Notes: a model not told the origin generated them from the letters alone. Positions 1 to 14,400 are shown, counted from the stretch's first letter. The stretch: 64,000 nt of DNA from Eledone cirrhosa (GCA_964016885.1 OZ024741.1:292702001-292766000); one strand, 5' to 3'. Made by a program: numbers and translations.

Positions 1-1195
1 ATATATATATATACAATCATACACACATATATATACACACACATTCATAGACACACACATATGTGTGTATGTTACAGTCATTTTAATTATTTTCTATTTT
101 ATCTTTCCTTTAATCGTCTGTTTGAATTCAGAACTGGTTTGAAGACATATAAAAATGTAGCAATAATAACAAAACATAAATAACAAAACAATAAAAACGA
201 TAAAATAAAAAATTAAAATTTATGTAGAAAATAAAAATAAACAACAAAATGTTATATGAGCGATTAGGAAAGATTGATAACAAAAATATATTTTTTATTT
301 TTCTGCCTCTCTCCTATTTCTCGCCACCTCTCTCAATAACTTTTATTATTTATTTCATTGTACCTGTTTCATTTTCACTTTTTATGACTTTTAACTTTCA
401 TTTTTGTTTTCTTTCTTTCTCCTCTTTTTCTCGTTTTCTTTTAATCTCTTTCACATCTTTCTTTCTTTTTTTCATTCTCTCTTTTGCATTCACTTTATTA
501 TTCGCTCTTATTTCTACTCTTTCATTGTTTTTCTTCATTTCCTTCTATCTCACCCTATCTATTTCTACTTTCTCTGCTTATTCATTCTTTCTTTCCATTT
601 CATTATTCTTTCTCTCCTTCTTTTTCTTTCTCTAAAGCCATTTAAACTTTGATAACTTTTGATGGTCTGAAAGCCATTATCAATCAATCTTCTATCACTC
701 ACTTGATTATATTGGCTTAAAAGTTGGAATCGTATATATATATATGTTAATATAAGTGTGTGTATGTGTAAATATATTTATCACATAAAAGGGCTCTTTC
801 TTTGAATACCTGACTTTTATTTTACAGTCTCTAAAATCTAATGTGAACATGTTTTTGAAAGCCAGCTCACCTTGCAATGGTGGACAAAATTACCATTTTC
901 TATATCTAACATTTTGCAATATTCTTTGTTTAATGTATTTTCTCTAATTTTAGATATAAATTTCATAACATAATGTAAGTTTAAGTTTTTTTCTACATGA
1001 CGACACTTGGTATATAAGGCAGTGATGTTTTAGAATGATTACAATAGTTTTTAAGCAAAGATGTCTCAATAGTTTTATCAATCAACAACAGAGGCCCATC
1101 CATAATATACTAATGAGTTTACTGAAATTTGCTTGTAGATTCTACAATCTCAAATTAACTTTGTTAATAAATCTTATTATTTATTTTTCTTGTAA

Positions 1196-1385
1196 TGGTG
1201 GATTGGCAGTATCGGTAGAAGGTCGGACGCCATGCTTTCCAGCATAGTTACGTCCCTTTACGATCTGAGTTCAAATCCCACCAAGGTTGACTTTGCCTTT
1301 CATCCTTACGGGGTCGATAAAATAAAGTACCAGTAATGCACTGGGTAATTTGCTGGCCTTGTGCCTAAAGTAGAAACAATTATTT
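1196..1385 (+). mobile_element. tRNA-derived SINE, family 2 (Meta-domain-like), ATT tail
   Basis: A/B-box-like head (tggcagtatcggtaga ... gagttcaaatccc), body gactttgcctttcatccttacggggtcgataaaataaagtaccagt; near-identical copy at 52887-53075. Confidence 0.8.
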
Positions 1386-1419
1386 ATTTTTCTTGTAATT
1401 TTCTGTTATGTTCCACAAG

Positions 1420-1542
1420 TTCTTCAGAAAAGAGAAAGAAAGGAATTGACTGACACAATCTCGGACCTCATTCACGTAGCAAATACAGTAGAGCTTGTCA
1501 AATCTGACTAAGGAAACGATGTTTCCATTGGTCTTTCCATTG
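1420..1542. repeat. Old dispersed repeat of unknown class
   Basis: Diverged reverse-complement match to ~47300-47420 (gtcaaa..gac.aa.gaaacg.t.tttccattggtctttccatt). Confidence 0.55.
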
Positions 1543-2780
1543 CTAATACTATTAACTGTTCACAACGCCTGTCATAAGGAGCAATACAAAATAAACTGTC
1601 TTGCTCAAGAATCGAACTCCCAACCTCAAGAATCGAACTCCCAACCTCATGACTACAAATCGAATTCTTTAACCACAAAATCATGTGAAGATTCAAAAAT
1701 TGTCATCAATTTATCTTATGAAAATGCTATGTCACATATGTTGCCAGATGAGTCAAAAACTAGAAAAAATAATGTACAGTGATACATTACAAAAGAGAGT
1801 TCTTCAGGACAGATCACAGATTTTGATGGCAATTTCATCTACTTTTTGTTAGATAATTTTATTGCCTGTACAACTTACAGGAACTAACATGGCTTTGTGG
1901 TTAATGCTTTAGAATTAGGATCTTAATGTTTTGTATTTGATTCCTGGATTGGCAGCCTATTATTCTCATGAGAATCCTGTTCATTTCACCTTGATGTTGA
2001 TGATAGAACTAGACACTCTATCATTGAAACATCCACAAAACATCCAATAAGATACAACCTAGTTGGAAGCCAACTAAACCAGCATAGATGTGAGCATTAT
2101 ATTTCATGTTTTAAATTTTTATCAGAGGAAGCTCTTTTCTCTTTTGCCCAATACAAAACAATGTCATAGGATAGTCCTTTCATTGCCAAACATATATATT
2201 TCGACAAAAATATTTGGCCATCTTACTACTCATGGTAAAAATGTCAACAAAAACATGTTGGTGTGCACATATACACCTAGATTTGCATGCATATGCACAC
2301 ACTCACACATACTTTACTTATACACACACTGTGTAAAGAGATTTGAGGGTGAGAGAACTATTTGATCATGCCAAGGACATGACAACCTTTCTAGTGATGC
2401 TGGCATAAAGAAGTACAAACTGTACACTCTATGAAGAGGTTAGCACCAGGAAAGGCATCCAGCCACAGAAATACTGTCAAAAATGGAACATACGAGCAAG
2501 ACAGGCTTCTTGGACCCATCTAGGAGAACAGTAATTATGAATAAGAACTGACTTGAACTGTAACAACCCATCCAACACATTCTAGCCTGGAAAGCAAATG
2601 TTAATGATATGCAATATATATAAAAATAAATACTTATGCACAGCACTTAGAAAATCTGAGATAAATTTAATGTAGGTATAAATACTGTTTATAAGCCTTC
2701 ACAGCAAGACTTATAAACTTTATTTATCTTAGAATTTCATACATATATATATACACCTTCTATGCATATATATATACACA

Positions 2781-2853
<73 letters not shown>

Positions 2854-3252
2854 TATCATCATCATCATCATCATCTTTGTTTAACGTCCATTTTCCACGC
2901 TAGCATGGGTTATATATATATATATATAGTTTCTATTCAAATAGCATGCACACACACTCACACACAAATAAATGCGCGCACTTATATTATATGTATACAT
3001 TATATGTATATACACATTCTGTGAACTAATCCACAACCGTTCTAAACAGAGGAATGCAACTTTATAGGATGCAACTTTACAGCTGAGCTATAAACTATTT
3101 CCAGTGACTGGATGAAATGTTCACACATGCATTCCTGTGTATCTGTATGTTGTTTTTTGTGTGCATGTATTTGTTTATAATTGTATGTATGTATTTGTGT
3201 ATGTGTGTTTATGTATGTGTGTTTATGCATGTATGCTGATGTCTGTGTTTGT

Positions 3253-3300
<48 letters not shown>

Positions 3301-3702
3301 ATTTCTGTGTTGACTGACATCTCTCAATGTGTGTATGTGTACTGAAGACTGTGTGCATTTGTGTGTGTGGACTGACGTGTTTGTGTGTGTGTGTGTGTGC
3401 TGACAACTATGTGTGCAAGCTGATGTCTGTGAGTGATTGCATGTGCGATGTGGAAGAGTAACACTCAGTGTGAATCTTCCCATGGAAGAGGCCATTAAAA
3501 CATTCAGCTAACGTATATCTTTGGAAGTACAATGCACTTTACGATTGTTATTGCGTTATTATTGGTTCTTTGGGGGCTACTTGCTTAGAATATCTCCTCT
3601 CTGATGTTGCATGTATAAAACTATATATGTTTATGTGTGTGTTCATGCATATATGTATATGCATGCATAGACATAAAAAGGCTTACAGATATATGCAAAT
3701 GC

Positions 3703-3750
<48 letters not shown>

Positions 3751-3879
3751 CATTATATCATGCACCAATATACATCACACATTTCCTCTATATCATTCCT
3801 AACCCCAGTTACGCAGTCATACACCACAGATGTTCCCTTTCAAAAGGTGCATCATGGGTGGGTGTTGAAGTAGAGAATG

Positions 3880-3940
<61 letters not shown>

Positions 3941-4557
3941 CATTTATAGCATGACACCATTATTGTTTATCATATAGTTACAACATAAGGTGCTTTTTGC
4001 ATATTCCAATCCATTCTTCTGCTTCATTATTATCATTATTATTTTTTATTATTGTTATGTTTACCATTATTATTGTAATTATTTTTGTTATTAGTGGTAG
4101 TAGTAGTAGTAATGTTGGGAGCAGTATTTTTTTCCTTTTGTTGAATACTCTTTCGTTTCTATAAATTTGTTTTCATTTTTCTATTTCCCTTCTCTGTCTT
4201 TCTTTCTCTGATCTTACCTTTTTCATCCCTAAATATTGGTGCTACTTTGGTCAGGGGTCGGTATAGCTTTTTCTGTTTGTTTGTTTGTTTTGTTGGTTAG
4301 TTGGCTGGTTGATGGTGAGTTTCATCTGTGTGTGTGTGTTGATCCAGTCTAAATCAACATGATAGATTCATGGCATGATATAACTTATCGCATCATCGTT
4401 TCATGTTCAATTTTCTGGACCAACACACATCGGTCATATGTGTGTATTTGTGTGTATGCATGCACATGTGTGGATACAAAAATATATGTATGAATGTATG
4501 CACACACACACATATATATATATATGTGTGTGTATTTACTCATGCAGAAAGACCTAC

Positions 4558-4629
4558 CTTAAAAATATAAACAGGTTCTGGGAACTTGTCAAAAGTTGCA
4601 CTCTGTATGTGCAATAATTGCATGCATAC
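4558..4629 (-). CDS. Candidate isolated 72-nt phase 0-0 host exon (VCMQLLHIQSATFDKFPEPVYIFK)
   Basis: atttatgcag| acceptor and AAG|gtaggt donor, open frame, length divisible by 3; no homology recognised. Confidence 0.3.
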
Positions 4630-5029
4630 CTGCATAAATATGCACACATCCTCACATAGACATCTATCTCTCTATCTATATTACATTCATGCACATCCAC
4701 ACTTTGTTGTAAATATAACGAGAGGAACATTAACAACAACAAAAACAAAATTAAGCAGAACAAAATAATAAAAATAATAACTTATGATAGGAAAATGTTT
4801 CAAAGCAAGGTTTTCATATTGAATATGTGATAAAATGTAAATATCATGCAAATATGGCATTATAAAGGAAGATATCTGCATATTAAGCATAATACTTTTT
4901 ATTCTACACTCTTAAACTTTTTATCCATGGCCTTTCATTGAAATACTGCCAATCCATTGCCCACATAATGATAATAATATTGTTCTGATTTATGCATAAG
5001 GCCAACTATTCTGGACATGCCTCCTTGGA

Positions 5030-5736
5030 TTATCCCAGGATTCTCTGCAGGTCCATCGCCTTGACTCTCTTGGTGGATTCTATGTCCAGAAAATCATCAC
5101 TGGTGATCATTTTCCCCAGCAAGACTGGTTCTGTTTTAAAATGTTTGAGGTTGTCCTGACACACCTGCATGCACTGCTCCTTCTGGTTATCATTCAGCAA
5201 CTTTGGCACCATCTTCGAGCAGATCTTCTGCATGCCCAAATCTTTGAGGATAATCTTCCACACGCTGTCTCGGTTCATGCCCAGCTCACTTGCAATCAGT
5301 AAAACAGCCAGCCAATGATTGCCACACCCCACTTGGCTCATGTGCTCAACATTATTCTCAATCCTGTTCATTGAAAGCCTTCCACTCATCTTTCACATCC
5401 TCACATCTCTTTTTGAACCTTTTGAGCTACTTGAAAACTGAGGAGAATGACATGTTTAATCTCTGTACACTTGCTGCAGTATTCCAAGTTATTGTGATGG
5501 AATTTTCCCCAGCCAGACCCAAAACTTCATTTTGGTTCGCTGCTCTGTGCCCATCAGTTGATGACCTAAACTTGAGGAGCTGTTAACAAAAGCACATGAA
5601 AAAACATACAAGAGGTGCAGAGAGCTGAGATTGCAGTTATATACTCCCCAGAAATTATGTCACATCGTGATATAACCCACTAATCCCTACCATACTCATA
5701 GCTTACACAGTCTTGTTACCCTTCTGACACACCTCG
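5030..5736 (-). mobile_element. Mariner/Tc1 transposon remnant (5' TIR plus degenerate transposase N-terminal half)
   Basis: IASELGMNRDSVWKIILKDLGMQKICSKMVPKLL..MITSDD (HTH, WVPHEL-like and ITGDE-like motifs); TA followed by CGAGGTGTGTCAGAAGGGTAAC at the end. Confidence 0.88.
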
Positions 5737-5789
5737 TATATATATATAAATAGATGTGTGTATGTATGTATATATGTATGTATATGTAT

Positions 5790-5942
5790 ATGTTGAGCAC
5801 ATGAGCCAGGTGGGGCGTGGTGATCATTGGATGGCTGTTTTACTGATTGCAAGTGAGCTGGGCATGAACCGAGACAGTGTGTGGAAGATTATCCTCGAAG
5901 ATTTGGGCATGCAGGGAAAAGCGGACGTAAAATGATGATGAT
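5790..5942 (+). mobile_element. Inverted copy of a mariner fragment fused to an RTE 3' tail
   Basis: 5790-5913 is the reverse complement of ~5229-5352 with about 7 mismatches, then gcagggaaaagcggacgtaaaa(tga)n. Confidence 0.85.
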
Positions 5943-7377
5943 ATATATGTATATGTTCCACATATTGTATATACATTAATGCAAAAACTAATTACTATTG
6001 TGGCCTCTGAACTATTTTCATTTCAAGCTTCTTACTTTTCTCTATATATATATTATTCAACTACCACTAATGAATATTCTAACAATTACAAAAAATAATA
6101 TTATTAATAATTGTTTCTACGTTAGGCACAAGGCCAGCAATTACTTAGTGTATTACTGGTACTTTATTTTATGGACCCCGTAATTATTAATAATATGATG
6201 TATTGCCTTTTACCTCAACCTAAAACACATACTTTTTTATAACTTTGTACTTCTCTCCTGTGCCGATTGCATTCTTCTTTATCGGCTTGCTTATGTCCAA
6301 AATTTGATACTGCTTATGTTCTTGAAATTTGTATTTCCTTAAATTCAATCCCTTTTAATAATATGTGGGTGTTTCATACACTGCGCTTTATGTAAACTTG
6401 TTTACATATACATGTACTATTATCACCTGTAGAGAAACGAATGTAGATATTAAAAAGGGGATTAAATTTGATAAACTTCGCTCTCTTCATTTTATGTATG
6501 TACATATATATGTGTATATGTATGGTATATGTGTATATACATATGTGTGTATATGTATCACTATCATCATCATCGTAATGATGATACATATACACACATA
6601 TGTATATATATATATATACATATACCATATATATATATATGTATATCTATATCTATATATATATGTGTATATATATATATGTGTGTGTATATATATGTGT
6701 ATATGTATGTATATATGTGTGTGTGTATATATATGTGTGTGTGTGTGTATGTACATGTGTGTGTATATATATATATATGTGTGTGTGTGTGTATGTATAT
6801 TTGTGTATGTATATATATATATGTATATATATATATAGAGAGAGAGAGATAAATATACACAGGTGTGTATGATTGTGTATAGAAGATTATATTAATAAAA
6901 GGAATTGCAAACTTGACTGTCACCACACAATGTGAACCTGAAGATTGCGAAAGCATGAAAGTACTTGTTCAATTAACACTTAACATTTAATATTCTACCA
7001 TACTATTTCATTACAATACCATTATAAATTTTAAAGGATTGTAAATAAAACGAGTAAATCAGACAAAGTTGGAATTCCTTTTATTAATATATATATATAT
7101 ACATATATAGTCAGCAGCAGAATGGATCTAAAATTATTGGTTGCCAAGAGGAGACAATGGGGCTCCACCCTCAACCCCAATACTATCGTTAGATTATTAT
7201 AATGAATAAATAAAATATAAAAAAAAATTCTCTCTATTTCAGTGTATGCAATTAACCATAAAATTGTACATTAAAAATACTGATTATAGAATATATTCAG
7301 ATCCTTGTGGAATATTCCCATCCACAAAATAGCAGTAATGAGTTTCGGTCTTTTACCCTCAATATATATATATATAA

Positions 7378-7852
7378 AATTGAAAAAGTGAAGAATAACA
7401 TAGTCAACAGTACAAAAGAGGGGATTTATTTACAGTCTGACAATTGTTTCACTGATTAAGATGTCTAAATATTGCTGAACACTAGATTTGAATTTGTAAA
7501 TTTACCGGATATATTGTAGTTATCTCCGATGATCTAGTTAAGTTAACATCGCATTTGAAATTGAGTGGCACTGCTTCTAGTGCTCAGCAATTTTTAGACA
7601 ACTTAATCAGTGAAACAATTGTCAGACTGTAAATAAAACCCTTTTTTTGTACTGTACTGTTGACCATGTTATTCTTCACTTTTTCAATGTTATTACTCCA
7701 AGATAAACTTACACAGGAATACAAGTGAAATCATAAACTCGCCACCTACGTAAACCTCTTGTTGAGTCAAACAACGCCGTACGCTAAAACTATCCATAAT
7801 AAGAAGTATTCACAACCTCTAACTGGATTACCTATAACGATATTTTGTTATC

Positions 7853-7856
<4 letters not shown>
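7378..7856 (+). mobile_element. Penelope pLTR-like cassette with inverted 5' partial copy
   Basis: ~110-bp inverted arms 7378-7486 / 7577-7689; homologous to 22930-23220 and more distantly 11535-11668; flanked by (TA)n. Confidence 0.7.
7514..7632 (+). ncRNA. Type I hammerhead ribozyme candidate, variant core CCGAUGA, long stem II
   Basis: CCGATGA 7526, stem II ctagttaagtt/aacttaatcag, GAAA-CAATTG-TC (palindromic stem III, GUC). Confidence 0.55.
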
Positions 7857-7918
<62 letters not shown>

Positions 7919-8116
7919 ATGTATATGTATATATATATATATATAATTATTTTTTTAATTTCGCTCTACATGGCTAAATACAATAAATGTAATCTGAGTT
8001 TTTCGAATATTAATAATAATATACGATTCGTTTGCAATTATGCAAACAGCTTCTTTTTTAAAGCCATGTCAGTAACATGAGCCCCTTATTCTTGTTATTG
8101 TGTTGGCATGTAAACA

Positions 8117-8166
8117 GAACTGCAAACACTAATGTTTCTGGGTATTACCCTTCATCAGTACAGTTC
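8117..8166 (-). ncRNA. Type I hammerhead ribozyme
   Basis: gaactgta-CTGATGA-a-gggt aat accc-a-GAAA-cattagt-GTT-tgcagttc; 8-bp stem I. Confidence 0.75.
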
Positions 8167-8299
8167 ACTGTTCACCTGCCAACTGTCAGAGCTAGTGAAA
8201 ATATATGATATTTCTAAAATATACAGTGACTGATCAGCCAGATTTGCATATCAGCAGGCTGGCCACACAGTTTCTTGTATTCAAATAAAAAAAAAAAGA

Positions 8300-9572
8300 A
8301 ATTTTCGCTCAACATGAAGAGATTCCAGATATGGAAACAGGACCTAGAAAGAAAGGATCTTAAAGTCAACCTGACAAAGACTAAGGTCCTAGTAAGTAGA
8401 AGAGCAAACAGAACCCAGATCTCCTCAAGGAACTGGCCTTGCTCAGTATTTAGGAAAGGTGTAGGTAGAAACACCATCCTCTGCCTCATATGGAATCTAT
8501 GGGTACACAAGAGATGAAGTGGGACATCAGGAAGTTTAGCTAAGAATGTAGGCTTTACATGTAGCAGTTGCACTGGGATAGTACGCAACAAACGACCTAA
8601 AGAAACAAGTACTACCAAATTATGGAAGGGCTTAGTAGAAACAGTAGACAGCTTCTGCTACCTAGGTGACCAAATTAGCAGCGAATGTGGGTGTTCGGAA
8701 AGTACAATAACTCGGGTAAGAATGGGATGGGAGAAGTTCAGGGAGCTACTACCACTGCTAGCTATAAAAGGCTTTTCCCTCAAAATGAAAGGCAGACTGT
8801 ATGACATGTGCATATGAACAGCAATGTTGCATGGTAGTGAGACCTGGGCACTGTGTGCAGAATACTTGCATAGGTTGGAAGGAAATGAAACTGGTATGCT
8901 TTGATGGATGTGTAATAGTTATATACGTCAATGGCAAAGCATAAGCAAGCTGAGAGAGAAACTATGCATAAGCGGTATTACATGTTGTGTGCAGGAGAGG
9001 AGATTATATTGTTATGGACATGTGATGCATATGAAGGATGTCAGTTTCCTAAAAAGGTGCAGAGTGTTCAAAGTTGATGGAAGCCTTGGAGTAGGAAGAC
9101 CCAGGAAGACTTTGGATGAGGTGATAAAAGCTGACCTTGCTCGATTGCACCTCTCAAAGGCGATGACACATGATTGAGATCTCTTGCATTATGCAGTAAT
9201 ACAGACGACCCAACTTCCCATGGGCACAGGCCGAAGCTCAAGGATATATACAGCATGCCCTTCCCCACCACACCATCCCACTGTATAGATGTTGTGTAAG
9301 TATGACGATGAAAAGCAGCCCACACTGTAACATGGTCATTTAGGTGTCATTTAGGTGCAGCCAGTCCACAATGTAAAGTGGTCATGTAGGCATCATGACA
9401 AAAAGCGCCCAGTACGCACTCTACTCACTGGAAATGAGGTTGGTATTAGCAAGCCAAAATCAGTTATGTAAAAGCAAAGCATGGTCACCTGACCTGGCAT
9501 TGTCCACAGCAAGACAATCATCTGACCCATGCTAGTGTGGAAGAATGGATGTAAAACAGTGATGATGATGGT
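8300..9572 (+). mobile_element. RTE-clade LINE (family A), 5'-truncated, degenerate
   Basis: LKVNLTKTKV, WPCSV.RKGVGRN, RRL.CYGHV, GRPRKT motifs with stops; 3' UTR and (GAT)n tail. Confidence 0.9.
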
Positions 9573-9660
9573 GATATATGCATATATATCTATCTACATG
9601 TATGTATATATGTGCATGTGTATATATACATATATACACATATATACATATATATATACC

Positions 9661-9720
<60 letters not shown>

Positions 9721-10035
9721 TGTATGTATAGTATATTTGGCAATATACCGTATGTTTAATTAAAAACCTTTAGAAGACCATACACAATCAGTTTTAAAGT
9801 AGTGACTATGTCACTTCTGTTTGGCTAAAGAAGGGAGAAACACTGACAGTCTGTTTCACGCTGATTGGAATTCATCAGAGCCATGCACTCCCCTGCCTCC
9901 GCCGAAAATTATAGGAGCTGGATTCTTATAGAATTCCAGATACATATATATATATACATATATACATATATACATACATACATATATATATATACATATA
10001 TATATATATACATATATACATACATGCATACATAC

Positions 10036-10070
<35 letters not shown>

Positions 10071-10089
10071 CATACATATATATATATAC

Positions 10090-10236
<147 letters not shown>

Positions 10237-10243
10237 CATATAT

Positions 10244-10838
10244 GGCGGCTGCCAACTTGTTTTTGAGTACGGCCACTACTTTATATCCATGTATGAGAAC
10301 CCCTACCGATGCGCTGAACGAGTGTGACTTTTTAGTCCAGCCAGTGACTTGAAAACTCTGGTACAGACACTACACTTGTGACAATTATTGACACATAGTG
10401 CTGGGCCCATGGTACCATGTGACGACAAGTGCAGAGAGATCTGCAGATATAAAGCAATGCCTGTGCTGTGAAGTTTTTATAGTGAGCAAAGGCACTGCAC
10501 AAATCCAGTCCCACTCTCTTAACCAAGATGATATTTACCAAAAAGAATAACAAGTCAACATCATTGGATACCATCAGGGTTGCAGGTGTTATATCAGAGT
10601 TTTCCTTCTCCTAGAAAGCTAAGGGGTCATCTCTCCCGGTGATTTTGGATGGCCATTGACTCTTAAGAGCTCCTTTGCCCTTTGACAGGTTTTGTTTTTA
10701 GTCCTGCAGGATGTCCAAAGTCACCCTCCTCACCAAGAAACCTTGGTGGGGTTGCCAGTTTAGTCGCCAACTACCTGACCATGAGACAGGTTGTACTGGG
10801 ATACATGTTACCAGTAGCACCAACTGGTGACCTGACAT
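10244..10838 (-). mobile_element. Probable 5' UTR fragment of an RTE-like element
   Basis: GC-richer island between (TA)n tracts with ggcgactaaa and ctaggagaaggaaaactctga motifs recalled from RTE 5' ends. Confidence 0.45.
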
Positions 10839-10872
10839 ACATATATATATACATATATACATACATATATAT

Positions 10873-11120
10873 CATCATCATCATTTTACGTCCGCTTTTC
10901 CCTGCTTGTTAGGGTTGGACGGGTCCTATTGAGCACAGCATATCACCACCTCCGCCCACGTTTTTCATGGTCTACCTCTACTGCATCTTCCCTCCACTGG
11001 GACTTCCTGGCACTTCTTCACCCATCGATCATCCTCCACGTGCATCACATGTTCATACCATCTCAGCCTTCTCTCCTGCACACCACAACTTATCCCTCTT
11101 ATACCCAGTTTCTTTCTCCT
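10873..11120 (-). mobile_element. RTE LINE (family B) 3' fragment
   Basis: [25 protein letters not shown]; tail gcagggaaaagcggacgtaaaa(tga)n. Confidence 0.9.
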
Positions 11121-11145
11121 ATATTTGTGTGTGTGTATATATATG

Positions 11146-11221
<76 letters not shown>

Positions 11222-11241
11222 TATATACATATATATATATT

Positions 11242-11272
<31 letters not shown>

Positions 11273-11373
11273 GTGTATATATATATATATATGTATATAT
11301 ATATGTGTATATATATATATATGTGTATATATATATGTGTATATATATATATATATATGTGTGTATATATATA

Positions 11374-11420
<47 letters not shown>

Positions 11421-11447
11421 GTGTATATATAAATATAAATGTGTCTG

Positions 11448-11466
<19 letters not shown>

Positions 11467-11533
<67 letters not shown>
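11467..11533. repeat. (GA)n microsatellite following a long (TA/TG)n tract
   Basis: Direct inspection. Confidence 0.95.
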
Positions 11534-11537
<4 letters not shown>

Positions 11538-11671
11538 TGGAGATCGAGTGACGCAACATCAAGCGATTACCGACCTCTAGGCTCACCTGATCAATGAAAT
11601 AATTGTCAATACCTGAAATAAAACCCCTTGTTGTACAGCCAACCATGTTACTCTTCATTCTTTCACTATAT

Positions 11672-11704
<33 letters not shown>

Positions 11705-11719
11705 TATATATACATGTAC

Positions 11720-11750
<31 letters not shown>

Positions 11751-11764
11751 CATATATATATGTA

Positions 11765-14400
11765 TATCCTCAGCCACTGCCTCCGCCTCCACCTTATCCC
11801 CCTCGGCTTCCGTCTACACTTCCACCCCTCCCCCGCCGCTTCCCCCTCCACGCAACGTATCCTCACCCGATCCTCACGCCTCCTGATGCGCAACTCCATC
11901 CGCGCCTCCCGTTCCACCCTCCGCCAACTTGACCACCAAGTGACCCCCACCCTCCTCCGCCTTAACTCCACCTGCCACCCCCTCCTCGCCCAAGCCCCAT
12001 CCTCTCCTTCATCCAAAGCCTCAACCACAACCTCTTCTCCTTCCTCAGCTCCACCAAAGCCCGCAAGCTACACTCACTCCTCCCAACCACCCCCATCTAC
12101 CACCACCCGCCCATCCCCATACGCCCACCACTCTCCACCTCTCCCTCGACCCACACCAATACCCAATCTCCACCTTCCACCTCACCCTCACCCCCCCCAA
12201 ACATCCAAACATCACAACTTGTTGTCACCATACCCCCTGACCTCCCTCTCTCCGCACCTGAGGGCTCACTCCTTAGTAGAGGCCTTCGCTTCATAACCCC
12301 ACACTCCGCACAGCGACGAGTTCCGCACCCGAACGGAAGTCGAGCGATTCGTGCGACGCACTAAGCTACAGGCACATTTCGGCCGAACGCCACCGGCTCA
12401 CGACGCCCCAGACCCGTTTCTCGCCCTGGGCCGACGACCATCTTCTTGGACGCCGGCCCCAGGGCAATTTAGCACCCTGGACGCCTTCGTCGATGCCACC
12501 CGTAGCGCAGTAAATCGTTTCGACTTCCGCCACCGTTCCAAACGGTACAATATCTCACGGGGCGAACTCCTCGCTCTCCGCTCCCTCCGTAGCCGAGATG
12601 ACATCGTCATCAAACCGGCGGACAAGGGAGGCGCCGTAGTGGTGTGGCGCGCGGACCTCTACACGGCCGAAGCCCTCAGGCAGCTCTGTAACCCTCTCTT
12701 CTACCGCCCTCTACCCTCCGATCCCACCCCCTCTACCAACAACAAGTCTCCTTCACCATCAAATACCTTATCGCCTCCTCCCTCCTCCCCCACACCGCTT
12801 CCCACCTCATCGTCCGCACCCCCCGCACCCCCACCATCTACTTCCTCCCCAAACTCCACAAACCCGACAACCCCGACCACCCCATCGTCTCCGCTTGCAA
12901 CTGCCCCACCGAACTCATCTCCGCCTTTCTCGACTCCATCCTCTCCCCCTTGTCACCACCCTCCCCTCCCACATCTCCGACACCAACCACGCCCTGCGCC
13001 TTTTCGACTCCTTCACCTACCCACCCGGCCCACAGCCCTTCCTCTTCACCCTAGACATCAAGTCCCTCTATACCGTCATCCCCCACGCCGACGGCCTACG
13101 CGCCCTCAAACACTACCTCGACCTTCGCCCCTCCTCCATTCCCTCCACCCCCACCCTCCTTCGCCTCGCTGAGCTGGTCCTCACCCTAAATTGTTTCTCC
13201 TTCTCGGGTGAGTTTTACCAACAGGTCACGGGGGTAGCCATGGGTACAAGAATGGGCCCGAACTATGCCAACCTTTTAGTTGGCCATGTTGAGGCCCAAA
13301 TCTTTGCTCAGTACACCGGCCCCACGCCCGAACTGTACGGTCGTTACATTGACGACTGTATCGGAGCCACGACCCTCACCCGAGAACAGCTCGACTCCTT
13401 TCTCTCCTTCTTCTGCTCCTTCCACCCCTCCCTCCACTTCACCACCTCTATCTCCACCACCCACGTCCACTTCTTAGACATCTCCGTCGCCCTCGACCCC
13501 TCCCACCACTCCCTCGTCACCTCCGCCTTCTGCAAACCCACCGACTCCCACTCTTACCTCGACTTCACCTCTTCCCACCCCACCCACAATAAACACTCCA
13601 TTCCCTACTCCCAACTTCTCAGGATCCGCCGCCTCTGTAGCCGAGATGCTGACTTCGAGTCCCAGGCCCTTTCCCTAGTCAGCCATTTCATCCGCAGAGG
13701 TTACCCCCCCCCCCCTCTCTCGTCCACACCGCTCTCACCCGCGCCCGTACTGTCCACCGCTCCACCACCCTCACCCCACGCCACCGAACACCCACCCATC
13801 ATCTCCCTTTCCCCATCACCTACCACCCCTCCACCTTACCCCTCCACCGCACCATCCGCCGCCTCTTCCGACGCCTCCAGTCCGACCCCTCCACCTCCCA
13901 CATCTTCCCAACCCCACCACTCCCCTCCTACAAACGCGCACGCAATCTACGCACCCTCCTCGTCCACAGCTCCCTACCCCCCAACCCACGCTTTGTCCCC
14001 CCCCCCTGTTCCTTTCCCTGTTCTAGGCCCCGCTGCAACACCTGTCCCCACATCACCAACACCACCTCCTTCCAGGGTCCCAACGGCCACTCTCTCTCTG
14101 TCCGGCATGCCTTCCGCTGCACCTCCTCCAACCTAGTCTACGGACTTCGCTGTCGGACAGACGGGACGTCGCCTGGCAGACCGATTCACTGAGCACCTCC
14201 GGCATATTCGTCTCGGTGGTAGTTCCCCCATCGCCCGCCACTTTGGTGGCCCTGGACATTCCGCACGCCATCTCACAGTCTGTGGTCTACTCCAATGCCA
14301 CGGAACACCCGCCAACCGCCTTAGAATCGAACAAAGAACTATCTTCATCTTACAGACCCACACTCCCCCCGGCCTGAACTCCCCACCCTCATTCCTTTAG
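11765..14400 (+). pseudogene. Frameshifted Penelope RT / GIY-YIG endonuclease ORF
   Basis: [14 protein letters not shown]; DIVIKPADKGGAVVV; TLDIKSLYTVIP; QQVTGVAMGTRMGPNYANL; RYIDD; PCSRPRCNTC linker; NLVY..GQTGRRLADRFTEH..PPGLN, stop at 14398-14400. Confidence 0.93.

Noticed and set aside
249-652. Phe/Ser/Leu-rich membrane-protein-like ORFs
   Set aside because: Low-complexity pyrimidine tract with no recognisable domain
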